The notes beneath the pieces were generated by a model, which saw only the letters and a program-made list of their open reading frames with translations, was not told the DNA's origin and did no database searches. From the IMG/VR virus record IMGVR_UViG_3300025881_000010, positions 1-64,000 of that record: DNA of 64,000 nt. One strand, written 5' to 3'. Below are positions 48,037 to 58,244 of the stretch, in pieces. The DNA comes from a virus. Both the position numbers and the translations under genes were made by a program. Numbering within the stretch: the first letter of the stretch is position 1; the number at the start of each line of letters is the position of its first letter.

Positions 48037-49092
48037 TTACTTGTCGCTTGTTAAAGCGGAAATTAATCCTTGTTGTGTAGATGCTGAACCACTGGTGCCT
48101 CTTCTTTGGGCTTTAGTTAATGTAGAAGCAGTATTGTTTTCTTCGTTCTTTTCAAACGCATCAATAGCAGCCTTCAGTCCATCACTATAGGTTAATCCGG
48201 AACTTTTTTTATAGATTTCTTCTCTATACTCCAGTATCGCGGCTAACTCTGTGGCTAATTTAGGATCACCTTTCACTTTTTCAAGGAACTCCCCAGAATT
48301 TACAGATTTATAAACCTTGGAAAGTGTCTTTTTATCAGGATTGATACCAAAAAAACTCTTAGAGTTATGGATATCAACCACTGCATTTTCAATATTTTCT
48401 TTTCTAGTACGCTTTAAAGCATTCTCAGCTTCTTCTTTACGTTTTACAATTTCTTGCTTGGTATTAAGAGCTGGATCTATTTTCAGTTCTTTAATATCTC
48501 TACGTAAATTTTTGGCATGAAGACCGATAGTTCTATTATCAATGATTTCTTGAAGTTGATTTTCAATTTCATATTGAACATCTTCATCATTAAGATCTTT
48601 ACCTTCTTGAGCTGCAACCATTTCATATTGCTTTCTCATAAGACCTTCATCATTCATCACTTGAGGATCTACCAATTTCTGATAATAATCTAAAGTGGTT
48701 TCCGCACTTTCTAATTTTTGTTCATCAGTTTTATCATCAGCTTTGTTGTCCTGAGCTTTTAATGCAGTTCTAAATTCTTCAGCGGATTTGAAATCCGTTC
48801 CGAATTTAGCATTTAAAGAGGCTAGATCTTCATCAGTAATATCTCCTTCCGCTTGCTCTTCTTCTTCTTCTCCGAAGTTAAAAGAATCTTCCTCTTCCTC
48901 TTCCTTTTCTTCTTCAGCAGTTTGTTCAGCCGGTGGATTAGCTGGTGCTGTAGGTGCAGGAATTTCCTCTGCGGGAGTGTTGTCATTTCTAAATTCTGAT
49001 GTGTCAAAATCATCATCATCAGTTTCAGTCTCGTTTAAATTACGGCGAAACATTTGATTTTCATCGATAGTATTTTCTTCTGGTCCAGGCAT
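48037..49092 (-). CDS. putative capsid scaffolding protein
   Basis: Very acidic N-terminus plus coiled coil, between portal and MCP; ATG 49092. Confidence 0.65.
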   Translation of the reverse strand: MPGPEENTIDENQMFRRNLNETETDDDDFDTSEFRNDNTPAEEIPAPTAPANPPAEQTAEEEKEEEEEDSFNFGEEEEEQAEGDITDEDLASLNAKFGTDFKSAEEFRTALKAQDNKADDKTDEQKLESAETTLDYYQKLVDPQVMNDEGLMRKQYEMVAAQEGKDLNDEDVQYEIENQLQEIIDNRTIGLHAKNLRRDIKELKIDPALNTKQEIVKRKEEAENALKRTRKENIENAVVDIHNSKSFFGINPDKKTLSKVYKSVNSGEFLEKVKGDPKLATELAAILEYREEIYKKSSGLTYSDGLKAAIDAFEKNEENNTASTLTKAQRRGTSGSASTQQGLISALTSDK

Positions 49093-49112
49093 TTTCAAAA
49101 ATTTATGTTAAA

Positions 49113-49120
49113 CAAATCTA
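49113..49120 (-). promoter_or_regulatory. -7 element TAGATTTG for the scaffold/MCP transcript
   Basis: TAnnTTTG followed by TTTAAC. Confidence 0.6.
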
Positions 49121-49146
49121 TAAAAAAATATTAATTATTAAGCTAT

Positions 49147-51384
49147 TTAAGCTTTTTGAGGTGTCTTTTTTGTATCACTTCGATCTTTTTGTTCTAATTC
49201 AGCAGCTTTTACTCTTTCGGTTGTAGTAGCTTTCATACCTTCTGTGATAGCTTTATTGTTAGCATATGTATCAGCAATTCTTTCTTGAGAAGCATTTCTA
49301 TCATCAGCAATTTGTTTTGTCTGTTCTAGTTTAGCTTGTTCGGTTTGAGCTTCTAATTTAGCTTGTTCCTCAGCAGCTTTTCTATTTGCTTCTTGCAATT
49401 CCATATAAGATTTCATGGTTCTTTTGAAAACCGCTTTTTTCTCTGAAGCTGTTTCAGCTTCGAGAACATCAATTAAACCTTCCATCATTTCAATAGCATT
49501 TGAAGATGATAAAGCTTGTTCTGCAGCGGCATCAATTCTTTGAGCTTTTTCTTTATCCTTACGGCTATCAGATAAATAAATACCTAAATCAGATTCAAAA
49601 AACTCTTTGTAAATCTTAATGAATTTAGCTTCTAAATCTCCAAAAGCCATTTGTAATACTTCTCCTTCAGAATAATCATGTTTAGATTTCATGATCACTC
49701 GCTCAATAAGCGTTTGCACAAATTCATCAAAAGGAGTGAATACAACTTCTGTACGTGCAGCTGAACCCGCGATTGCGGCATTAGTTCCTCCGGCAGTTTG
49801 GTATTGTCCAACTTGACCTTCACGCTCTGGAGATATCCCTACAAACTTACTAGCCATATCTTCAATCATTGCCAAAGCAGTAAACATATCTTGCATAGTT
49901 CCTTTTGCAGATAAGTCAAGTGAATTGAATTGATTGAAAGTATTTTTTTGTTGAGCTCTATCTTTAGAGTTTATGAACATGATCTTATCTTTCTTGATGT
50001 GGTGCATTACTCTATCAAGTGCAGAATCATATCCTTTTTTAGAAACATCTTTAGGAGTTTGAGCAACATCATATATTAAAATACGACTATCTCCCATGTG
50101 CTTTACAGCAAGTCTAATTTCGAAAAGAATTTCAGAAGCTAATTGTTGTAGTTGATACAATTTAGCAGCTGGTGATTTTATTTGAGAACTTCCAGTAGCA
50201 ATATCTCTAACTAAAGAAACTACCGGTAATTTACAAATATATGGATTGTCAATAGAAGAGAAACGTTGTTTCATAATTCCAAAATCCAAGCATATTTCAG
50301 GACCTAACATTTGAACAAATCTTGGCACTTCACCATAGATTTCTTTTATGTTATCGTTCTCTCTGGCTTTTTCATCTATACCTAGTTTCTTATAAAAAAC
50401 TTTTTGAGTTTTTTTGCTTTCAGAAACTTTGATAGAAACTTTTTTCTGAGATTTCCACATACCGCTAACCACTCTCATACGTGTAGTTTTGTTATCGGTA
50501 TTTACCCAGCCATCATACTTCTTAGCGTTTTTTAAAGGCTCACTATTATTGGTATTATCTCCAGTAGTAAAAGCACTAAAGATAGCATTTACAGCATCTT
50601 TCTTTTTCTTATCTAATTTGAAAATATTGAAAATCTCATTTTTCGTCAACCAATAGTTTTCGAAAAAATATTCATGATCATCTTGAATAGCTTGATAAGG
50701 ATCTGTATCATGGTCAGCATCTAAAGGATGCACTTTTCTTGCAATAGTATGGCCTTTCATTTTATCAACTATTGCATGGCATTGATCAGCAATACAAAAG
50801 TCAGTGAACATTTCCGGTATTCTATTTTTACCTTTATTCACTTCAAGCCAAAGCTGTGCTAAATTATCAGCTACATCTTCAGCAATCATTTTGAACTTCT
50901 TAGTCATGAACTCTTCTACATCTGGAGGAAGCTCAACATCTTTGTGTTGAGTTTCAATCTCAAATCCAAGTTCTTCTTTAGTTTCTTGCGATACCCCACG
51001 CATTACTTCTTCAGTAAGAAGATCTAATTTTTTATCTAACTTTTTTGAAATTGATTTTTTATCTATAACGTAAGCTTTTTTCCTAAGTGGTCGGCTCATG
51101 TATTCCCCAACAATTTGCTCGATCTTAGTTTGAATCAAAGGATAAACAATAAATTGAACTCCCAAATTAACTCCATTAGGACAAGTGATGGATTTTACAA
51201 GTCCTTCTTGTTCTGGAGATAGTTCAGCAAAGTAAGCTCGATAAAGCTTTTCAATTTCTTTTTTTCTATCATCTGCAGTTCCAGGATTAGAAAATCTAGC
51301 ATACTCTATAGCATGCTTAATGTGAAATTCCTCGTTCTTCTGATTTTCAGGAATTGTTTGGTCGGGGAGTGCAAAGTAACTCAT
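49147..51384 (-). CDS. portal protein
   Basis: YPLIQTKIEQIVGE..RP, GISPEREGQ, C-terminal coiled-coil barrel; follows TerL. Confidence 0.9.
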   Translation of the reverse strand: MSYFALPDQTIPENQKNEEFHIKHAIEYARFSNPGTADDRKKEIEKLYRAYFAELSPEQEGLVKSITCPNGVNLGVQFIVYPLIQTKIEQIVGEYMSRPLRKKAYVIDKKSISKKLDKKLDLLTEEVMRGVSQETKEELGFEIETQHKDVELPPDVEEFMTKKFKMIAEDVADNLAQLWLEVNKGKNRIPEMFTDFCIADQCHAIVDKMKGHTIARKVHPLDADHDTDPYQAIQDDHEYFFENYWLTKNEIFNIFKLDKKKKDAVNAIFSAFTTGDNTNNSEPLKNAKKYDGWVNTDNKTTRMRVVSGMWKSQKKVSIKVSESKKTQKVFYKKLGIDEKARENDNIKEIYGEVPRFVQMLGPEICLDFGIMKQRFSSIDNPYICKLPVVSLVRDIATGSSQIKSPAAKLYQLQQLASEILFEIRLAVKHMGDSRILIYDVAQTPKDVSKKGYDSALDRVMHHIKKDKIMFINSKDRAQQKNTFNQFNSLDLSAKGTMQDMFTALAMIEDMASKFVGISPEREGQVGQYQTAGGTNAAIAGSAARTEVVFTPFDEFVQTLIERVIMKSKHDYSEGEVLQMAFGDLEAKFIKIYKEFFESDLGIYLSDSRKDKEKAQRIDAAAEQALSSSNAIEMMEGLIDVLEAETASEKKAVFKRTMKSYMELQEANRKAAEEQAKLEAQTEQAKLEQTKQIADDRNASQERIADTYANNKAITEGMKATTTERVKAAELEQKDRSDTKKTPQKA

Positions 51385-51408
51385 TGGGGATATTTTAAGA
51401 TAAAAATA

Positions 51409-53616
51409 TTAATTATTATTTATTTTCTTATGATGTTCGTTCAAAATGAATGACATAGGATCATGACCGTATTTGTCAAGTATATCTTGTCGCTCTTTCT
51501 CAATGTATCTTTGATTCTCTACAATAGTACTTTCATACTTTTCTTTTTCATATCCTTCAAGATCATATTCTGGTTTGAATTGAATTAAATCTTCATCGTA
51601 AGAATAAGGATCTTTCTTGTTTGTTAATTGTCCAAAGGTTTGATATTCGTATTGTCCGTTTTCATTTACAACCCAAGTTCCTGCACCATCTAATTCAGAA
51701 ACATCATTATGGTCTTCTTCTATACCATCGGTAAGATCTCCGAAAATACTCATTTTATAAATCATTGCCATTGCAAAAGCAGAACCTAAATCTGAGTTTT
51801 CTTCTCCGAAGTCAATAAGATGCAACAATATTTCTTCAAACCAGATATTATTCCAGAAATTATTAACCTCAGCTTTTAAAAGCTTCGCAGATAATTTCCA
51901 TGAATGCTGATTGGACATTTTAAATCCATATGTATTCGCAGCATTAGAACTATAACCATCTATATCAGGTCTTCCGGCAAGATGCTTAGTACCACCACAA
52001 TCAATGAAATGTTGCTTGATAGCAATCTTAGTATATTCCAGTAGCATTTCTGAACCATAATATACCGTTAGTCTGAATGTTTGAGAATAGAAGACATCAT
52101 CTTCATCTGAAGTTCCACGATCTAGTATATACGCGATAGGGAGATTGCAAACTTTATTTATACTGTAGAAACAGCGATACACAATCGTTGCACCTTCAGA
52201 ACCAGTACCTTCTTTTACTTCATCATCATAACTATCACAAGCAACTAAGTCAGGACAGTAAGGAAGATTTTTGGAATCAATAGGATCCATAATCTTCTTA
52301 ACAGTACCAAATTCTTTATCATCTACAAAAACAGCTTTAGAACCTCTAGTGAAATGTATCTTGTCATATTCTTTCAAGTTTTTGGCTCTGGCCGCAAGCT
52401 TTTCAGTTATAGGATCATTAGTCTTCCACTCAATTCTACCTGTCTTAATTTCGTAAGGGCAGTTATCAAGATTTGCTAATTGAGCATTAAGTTTTTGGCG
52501 ATTTAAATAACCACCTGAATTCTTAATGAAAATATCAGCTTCTTTAAGTGGGTATGATTGAATATGTTTTACATAACCTTCAGAACCTTCTTTTTCTAAA
52601 CGCTCTTTAATGATGTGCTCATGAGCAGCTTTAGAATTTGTTCTACCTGTACGGAAATCAAAGAATGATATTTTTTCTCCTGTTTCTTCATCAGGAATTC
52701 CATCTCCAGGATAGTAATCAGTAGCAGAAACAAAAACTTTTTTAAGGTTGTAAGTTTCTTTACGGCTATGCCACATGCTCTTATATCCTTTAGAACCTTT
52801 ATCAATTTCTCCACCGGTACCATATACAAGTGGTGTTCCAAATTGAATAGATCCTTCTTTGAAACATGGTTCGGTAGATTTGTATGCAGCAATTAAATCT
52901 TCGAAAAGTCCAGCTTCTTCAAAGATTACCATAGAAAGCGATTTACCCTCAAAACCTGTTGGTTTTGCGTACATCGTTTTCATGTACATACTGGATTTTA
53001 AACCACCTTCTTTTTTCTGTTTGTTCTCTGTGTATTGGTAAGATAATCTGATTTCATCAGCATTACGAACACTGATACTGGACCTGTATTCAGGTCTAAT
53101 ATTGTCAAGTAGATATTGCACTTTCTCATAGAAATCTTGTGCTTTATCATCTTGTCCGGCAGCTACTCCAATTTTGTTTCCTTTGTAGAATAATAATTCA
53201 TAAGCTGAAGAAGTAGAACCTACCCACGATAAACCTACTCGACGTGGTTTACCAATAACAAGTCCATAATGACCTCTTTTAGCTTGATGTATTTCATCGA
53301 ATAATCTCCTATCTAATTCTCTGTAGAATGGAGAACCCATGCTTTTTCTTGTTGCTCCTGGTTCCAGAAGCTCAATGTTACACATGTTTAGGTAAAAGTA
53401 ATGTTCACCTGTGATTGAAGGCATGTAAGCTCTAGGCTTATAACCATTGATACAACGGTTATCTTGTTCATCCCAAAAATCATCATATGCGATAGTTCCC
53501 GGATTATAGTCAGGAATTTCTTCCTCTATAAGCGGACGATAGTATGTACTATCAAAACGATCCCAATTGATATTTACTTCCATAAGTAGGTTATTAAAAA
53601 AGGCACCGGTATTCAT
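51409..53616 (-). CDS. terL: terminase large subunit
   Basis: GKPRRVGLSW (Walker A-like), FEEAG (Walker B), YGTGG, nuclease CDSYD. Confidence 0.92.
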   Translation of the reverse strand: MNTGAFFNNLLMEVNINWDRFDSTYYRPLIEEEIPDYNPGTIAYDDFWDEQDNRCINGYKPRAYMPSITGEHYFYLNMCNIELLEPGATRKSMGSPFYRELDRRLFDEIHQAKRGHYGLVIGKPRRVGLSWVGSTSSAYELLFYKGNKIGVAAGQDDKAQDFYEKVQYLLDNIRPEYRSSISVRNADEIRLSYQYTENKQKKEGGLKSSMYMKTMYAKPTGFEGKSLSMVIFEEAGLFEDLIAAYKSTEPCFKEGSIQFGTPLVYGTGGEIDKGSKGYKSMWHSRKETYNLKKVFVSATDYYPGDGIPDEETGEKISFFDFRTGRTNSKAAHEHIIKERLEKEGSEGYVKHIQSYPLKEADIFIKNSGGYLNRQKLNAQLANLDNCPYEIKTGRIEWKTNDPITEKLAARAKNLKEYDKIHFTRGSKAVFVDDKEFGTVKKIMDPIDSKNLPYCPDLVACDSYDDEVKEGTGSEGATIVYRCFYSINKVCNLPIAYILDRGTSDEDDVFYSQTFRLTVYYGSEMLLEYTKIAIKQHFIDCGGTKHLAGRPDIDGYSSNAANTYGFKMSNQHSWKLSAKLLKAEVNNFWNNIWFEEILLHLIDFGEENSDLGSAFAMAMIYKMSIFGDLTDGIEEDHNDVSELDGAGTWVVNENGQYEYQTFGQLTNKKDPYSYDEDLIQFKPEYDLEGYEKEKYESTIVENQRYIEKERQDILDKYGHDPMSFILNEHHKKINNN

Positions 53617-53662
53617 TTCTGAATATTCGATACCTTTTCATGGAAACAGAAGATTTGTTAAG

Positions 53663-54268
53663 CTACCTTTTATCTTGATAAAAAGTATTCTTCTTTTTTT
53701 CTGCTTTTTGTTCTAGTCTTGAAAGTTTGTACCCACCACGCGATGGCGAATTCTCGTAAACATCATTTCCTTGGATATACTCATTGTACTTTTTCAAATC
53801 TTCGTTAATCTTACGAAGTCGAATAGATATCTTCTCCGGATTCTCGAAAATCATTTTTTCTCCATCTGAATTTTGTCGATTATGGGGCTTACCAAAATAA
53901 CGTTCAGATTCTTTAAGATCTTCTAAAGCTGTGAGTTTTCTTTGGAAATGAATTTTACCTTCTTCTACAGTTAAATCAAATTGAAGTTCATCATACTTGA
54001 TCAAAGCTGCTTGAATTTTTTCAAGGTTCCAATTAAAGGCACTTCTATCACCAATTACTTCTTCCATTGCTTTTTTTGGACGATCTGCATCGGAATAAAA
54101 ACGTAAAGGAGATTTGTAATCTGCGGTGAGAGCAATTGCTGTAAAACATTTAAGACCTAATTCCTCGTCATAGATTACTTCACGGAATTCCTTGATGGAT
54201 AATACTCCATCATCTTCTTCGGAAAGTTTTATCAATCCGGTTTTCGTGTCTATTGGGGTTAGATACAT
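53663..54268 (-). CDS. conserved protein upstream of TerL (possible small terminase)
   Basis: DYKSP motif, helical; position. Confidence 0.55.
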   Translation of the reverse strand: MYLTPIDTKTGLIKLSEEDDGVLSIKEFREVIYDEELGLKCFTAIALTADYKSPLRFYSDADRPKKAMEEVIGDRSAFNWNLEKIQAALIKYDELQFDLTVEEGKIHFQRKLTALEDLKESERYFGKPHNRQNSDGEKMIFENPEKISIRLRKINEDLKKYNEYIQGNDVYENSPSRGGYKLSRLEQKAEKKKNTFYQDKR

Positions 54269-54275
54269 ATGTTAA

Positions 54276-54283
54276 CAAATGTA
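54276..54283 (-). promoter_or_regulatory. -7 element TACATTTG, near-leaderless start for the packaging operon
   Basis: TAnnTTTG 7 nt upstream of ATG 54268. Confidence 0.6.
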
Positions 54284-54284
54284 T

Positions 54285-54317
54285 AAAAAAAAGAGGATGC
54301 AATTGCACCCTCTTTTT
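54285..54317. terminator. intrinsic terminator
   Basis: AAAAAGAGG...CCTCTTTTT. Confidence 0.7.
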
Positions 54318-54319
54318 AA

Positions 54320-54637
54320 TTAGTGATATTTTTCGTTTTCAAGGTAAGCTTTAATCTTCCGTTCCATGGTTCGCCTTGCTGAAAACAAGTGATAACGATT
54401 GTTCATTATCTTGTAAATATCCTCTGGCTTTTTCTGAGGATATACCTTGCGTAGAAACTCACTAAGAAATCCGGTTTTATATACAGCCTTCTCCGTATTT
54501 GTCTTGAATTTTTCAGGTACGAAAAAAGATAATTTTGAAGAAGACTCCGCTTTCTGTAGGTCCTCCAGTTCGAAGTCTCGATAATCTAAAACTTCGGAAG
54601 GATTCTCTATCATAGCGCCATCTTCATAAACTATCAT
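54320..54637 (-). CDS. hypothetical protein
   Basis: Coupled ORF. Confidence 0.6.
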   Translation of the reverse strand: MIVYEDGAMIENPSEVLDYRDFELEDLQKAESSSKLSFFVPEKFKTNTEKAVYKTGFLSEFLRKVYPQKKPEDIYKIMNNRYHLFSARRTMERKIKAYLENEKYH

Positions 54638-55023
54638 TTTTTCACTCTGGCTTTAGTATTCATTGTACGTACTGCACTTTTTGGCTTTTCTTCAGGTTTC
54701 AATTTTTGAAATCTTGCAACTTCTTGATTGTGCTTTTCATGAAGTATATCAACATACCTACTTGTTGTAGCATCTGGAAAATCTCGGGCAATTCTTCGCA
54801 TTAATTCATCATCAACTGACTTGATTATTTTATTATTCCTGTCAATTTTTTTCTGAAGAATTTCTTCTTGCTCTTTTAAGAATTCATCTGAAACGATTTT
54901 CTTTTCAGCTTGTTGCCCTTCAATTCTATTGTGGTAGGTGTACATTTCTCTACTAGCCATAGCCACCATAGACTGAGCTGTGATTAAGTATTGAGTTGAT
55001 AGTTTGGATAAATCTTTTCCCAT
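54634..55023 (-). CDS. hypothetical coiled-coil protein
   Basis: Coupled ORF. Confidence 0.6.
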   Translation of the reverse strand: MGKDLSKLSTQYLITAQSMVAMASREMYTYHNRIEGQQAEKKIVSDEFLKEQEEILQKKIDRNNKIIKSVDDELMRRIARDFPDATTSRYVDILHEKHNQEVARFQKLKPEEKPKSAVRTMNTKARVKK

Positions 55024-55024
55024 A

Positions 55025-55276
55025 TTATACTTTGTTACATTTTAGGTTTTTTTTATTCTTTATGTGATTACTAAAATAACCACCTACACTCGGAGAGTCC
55101 GCTAACTTGTCGTAATCTTTTCGCTCTAATGGAGCATAAGCATAGACAGTATCATTCGTTTTGAAATGAACGTAAAGTGTTTTCTTTTCAGGATAATAAG
55201 CGATCTCTTGAATAAGACCGCTATTTTTCACTTTAGTTCTAGGCCATGATGGATTAATTGGTAATATGTGATCCAT
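55025..55276 (-). CDS. KTSC domain protein
   Basis: S..I..IAY...LYVHF...YAY...SPSVGGYF...IK. Confidence 0.9.
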   Translation of the reverse strand: MDHILPINPSWPRTKVKNSGLIQEIAYYPEKKTLYVHFKTNDTVYAYAPLERKDYDKLADSPSVGGYFSNHIKNKKNLKCNKV

Positions 55277-55599
55277 TATGATTCTATTTTAAATTCTTCC
55301 CAGTCTTCAGCCATGATATCAGTTTGACTTGCTAACCATCCGTTTACGATAGTATCATCAGCTGCTTTCATACAGATGTATGAAGTTACTTTTACAAATT
55401 CAAAAACTTCTTTACGCCCAAGATGTTTTCTATCATAATATCTTTTCACTTCATCAGGAATTGATACTGCATTAAAAAATACATGTGCTGGAAGTTTATC
55501 TTCAGGACGTGAAAAAAGAAACATATCTTTTCCGTTCCAACCTTTACGAGTTACGAGCTTTCCTTCTTTAAGTAGCTCTATTGCTTGTCCAAAATTCAT
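55276..55599 (-). CDS. DUF2829 / Tad2-family protein (putative immune-signal sponge)
   Basis: MNFGQAIELLKEG..V.RKGWNGK.MF ... GWLASQTDIMAEDW. Confidence 0.85.
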   Translation of the reverse strand: MNFGQAIELLKEGKLVTRKGWNGKDMFLFSRPEDKLPAHVFFNAVSIPDEVKRYYDRKHLGRKEVFEFVKVTSYICMKAADDTIVNGWLASQTDIMAEDWEEFKIES

Positions 55600-55600
55600 A

Positions 55601-57253
55601 TTAATATTGTTGAGGTTTGTAGATATCTGGATCTACGATTACTGATTCCGTTGTTAATATCATTCCCATAATTGAGACAGCGCTTTCTAAAGCTACACGA
55701 GTAACTTTCTTTGGGTCCATAATTCCAGCTTTGATCATATCATCTACATACTTGATCTCACGAGCATCAAATCCCATATTGAAATTCGATTCCATTTCCT
55801 GAATTCTTTCAATAGGAATATTATATCCTACATTTTCTACAATTTGTTCAAATGGTTTTCTTATTGCTTTAAGTAATACCTCAGCGCCTTTCTTACGATC
55901 TTCGTTATTACTAATGCTTCCAATATTCATTTGACTTAAACTAAGAAGTGCAGTACCACCACCCGGGATAACACCTTCTTCGTATGCCGCTTTAATTGCA
56001 TAAAGCGCATCCGTTACACGAGCTTGCTTCTCTAATAATTCTGTATCACTAAGACCTCCAATATGAATAAATGATAAACCTTCAGTCAATCTAGAAATTC
56101 TAGAATTGATTATTGATTTTTGATATCCATCAAGATTTTTAGTTTTCAATTTATCGCGAAGTTCTGAAGCTCTCTTTTCAGTATGAGCATCAATTTTTTC
56201 ATACTCTTCATCTTTAAGACCAATCGGCCCTTTAAGAGAACTTGTATGTTGACCGATAGTGATCTCTTCAGATTGTGGTAAATAATCTAAAATGTTTTCA
56301 TTGTCCAAAGAATAGAAATCTAATCCTTCATCAGTGAAAATTTCTTTTCCCATTACAATTGAAAGATCATTAAGAATATCAATCTTATCATTTCCGAAAC
56401 CAGGAACACGACAAACACAAATTTTGAAATTCTTTTTGACTTTATTCTCAGCCATAATATTCAAAACAAATTCGTCGATATCTTCACAAATGATCAATAA
56501 CGATTTATCACCTTCATGAATCTGAGTAAGCAAGATATCTAAATTGTCATAAGGCTCAATGTTCGTAATCTTTTTATCTGTAATGTAGATATACGGATTT
56601 TCAAGAACACAAACTTCTTCTTCTTTTCTGTTCATGAATACTCTGGACTTATAACCCATAGGTAAAGTCAATCCATCTACAGTACTTAAAAAAGTTTTCT
56701 CAGTATGAGATCTTTTGATATTTACAATTCCCTGTTTTCCGGAAGTCTTGAAAGCATCAAAAACTACATTTGCAATTTCTTCATCATTGTTAGAAGATAT
56801 CAAGGCAACTTGTTTTAGAATTTTATTATTCTCTTTGTTGTCCTCGGTAACATCTTTAGATAATTTTGCCAATTGATCAACAATCAATCTTGCCATATCA
56901 TCCATTCCTCTTTTCATTTCTAAGAGGTTTGTATCTGGAGCTTGCTTTAATCCTTCAATAAGAATAGCTTCTCCAATAACCGTAGCGGTAGTGGTACCAT
57001 CTCCAGCTTTACTATCAGAACTATTTGCAATATCCTGGATTGATTCAATAGCAATCATTTCAAAAGGATCTTCAGAAGCCATGTGTCCAGCAACGGTAAC
57101 ACCATCTTTTGTTGAGAATGGTCTTTCATCCTTATTTCTAATTAGCACATTTCGTCCACTTGGACCTAATGTCGCTTTAACTGCTTTCGCAATTGAAGAA
57201 ACCCCGGAAGCTAATTTCTTCCGGGCATCTTCACCATATAGTACTTTATTCAT
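55601..57253 (-). CDS. groEL: GroEL-like chaperonin
   Basis: TLGPSGRNV, TKDGVTVA, GDGTTTAT, GVIPGGG, GIMDP.KV. Confidence 0.96.
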   Translation of the reverse strand: MNKVLYGEDARKKLASGVSSIAKAVKATLGPSGRNVLIRNKDERPFSTKDGVTVAGHMASEDPFEMIAIESIQDIANSSDSKAGDGTTTATVIGEAILIEGLKQAPDTNLLEMKRGMDDMARLIVDQLAKLSKDVTEDNKENNKILKQVALISSNNDEEIANVVFDAFKTSGKQGIVNIKRSHTEKTFLSTVDGLTLPMGYKSRVFMNRKEEEVCVLENPYIYITDKKITNIEPYDNLDILLTQIHEGDKSLLIICEDIDEFVLNIMAENKVKKNFKICVCRVPGFGNDKIDILNDLSIVMGKEIFTDEGLDFYSLDNENILDYLPQSEEITIGQHTSSLKGPIGLKDEEYEKIDAHTEKRASELRDKLKTKNLDGYQKSIINSRISRLTEGLSFIHIGGLSDTELLEKQARVTDALYAIKAAYEEGVIPGGGTALLSLSQMNIGSISNNEDRKKGAEVLLKAIRKPFEQIVENVGYNIPIERIQEMESNFNMGFDAREIKYVDDMIKAGIMDPKKVTRVALESAVSIMGMILTTESVIVDPDIYKPQQY

Positions 57254-57259
57254 AAATAA

Positions 57260-58231
57260 TTAATCTTTTCTTATTTCTGATAACACTCTTCCTAACTCAA
57301 ATTTAGCTTCACACGTATAATTGTAAGCATTTGTTCTAGCAATAGAAGCTTCTCTTGAAACGTCAAAAGTTTCAATACCTTTCAACCACTCTGCAACTTC
57401 TTCATAATCATCACGAAGTTGATTCACAGCCACTAATACATCAAGCAATCCAAATTGATTCAACTCTGCATAGTTCTCACGCTCTTCGTAAACATCTGCA
57501 GTTTTTGGAATCTCACGTAAGTTGGTAGCTTTCTTGTATGGATTAGCTGCACCAAATTCTGCAAGTAATTTTCCTAACCAAGCTTTAGCATAGAATGTTT
57601 TCTCAGTAACATCATCACTAACTCTAAAATGCTTCTTAGCCATTTTAGATAGCTTATCCAATTTCTTACGATAGTCTTTTATCTCTAAAATCATATCATC
57701 ATTACTCTTACCCTCTTCACTACTTTCACCATTCCCCTGTTCAGTATTGAGTTCTTCAAGTCTAGCGTCAATAATTGCAAAAGCACCTTTTCGGTGATCA
57801 TCTCTGAATTCGATTTTTCGTAGTTCTTCTAAAGCATCTCTACTATCAATTTTAGCAACTTCATCTGCAAATTCTGGAAGATATTCATCTTGAATATCTT
57901 CTAAATTATTTTTACTTTCAATTGGGACCGCCGGAGTTTCATTCGTATCTGTAGGAGTAGGAAGATCTCTTGGGGCTGGAGGTGTTTGAGTGTTGTTGTC
58001 TACAGGAGTGGTTCCTTTATCTTCAGTAGTAGAACCAGCTTCATTATTTTGAACTTCTATAAGTTCTAATCGCTTAGTTTCAATTGCAGCTAAAACCGTT
58101 TTTCTTGGTTTTTCCTGATTAGATTCAAGTGTAAAAATTTGACTTAAAAATTGTAAGCTTGTAACATCAGCTACTTTCGCTATGAAATCTGTAGCATTTA
58201 ATCCTTCAAAATCTTTTGTTGTCATAATCAT
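57260..58231 (-). CDS. multi-domain protein: two E..RKxx..AI repeats plus tandem Acb2/Tad1-like helical hairpins (tentative)
   Basis: PRKTVLAAIE / HRKGAFAIID repeats; AKAWLGKLL..G..NPY and SREASIART..EAKFELG. Confidence 0.5.
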   Translation of the reverse strand: MIMTTKDFEGLNATDFIAKVADVTSLQFLSQIFTLESNQEKPRKTVLAAIETKRLELIEVQNNEAGSTTEDKGTTPVDNNTQTPPAPRDLPTPTDTNETPAVPIESKNNLEDIQDEYLPEFADEVAKIDSRDALEELRKIEFRDDHRKGAFAIIDARLEELNTEQGNGESSEEGKSNDDMILEIKDYRKKLDKLSKMAKKHFRVSDDVTEKTFYAKAWLGKLLAEFGAANPYKKATNLREIPKTADVYEERENYAELNQFGLLDVLVAVNQLRDDYEEVAEWLKGIETFDVSREASIARTNAYNYTCEAKFELGRVLSEIRKD

Positions 58232-58244
58232 TAAATTAAATTAG

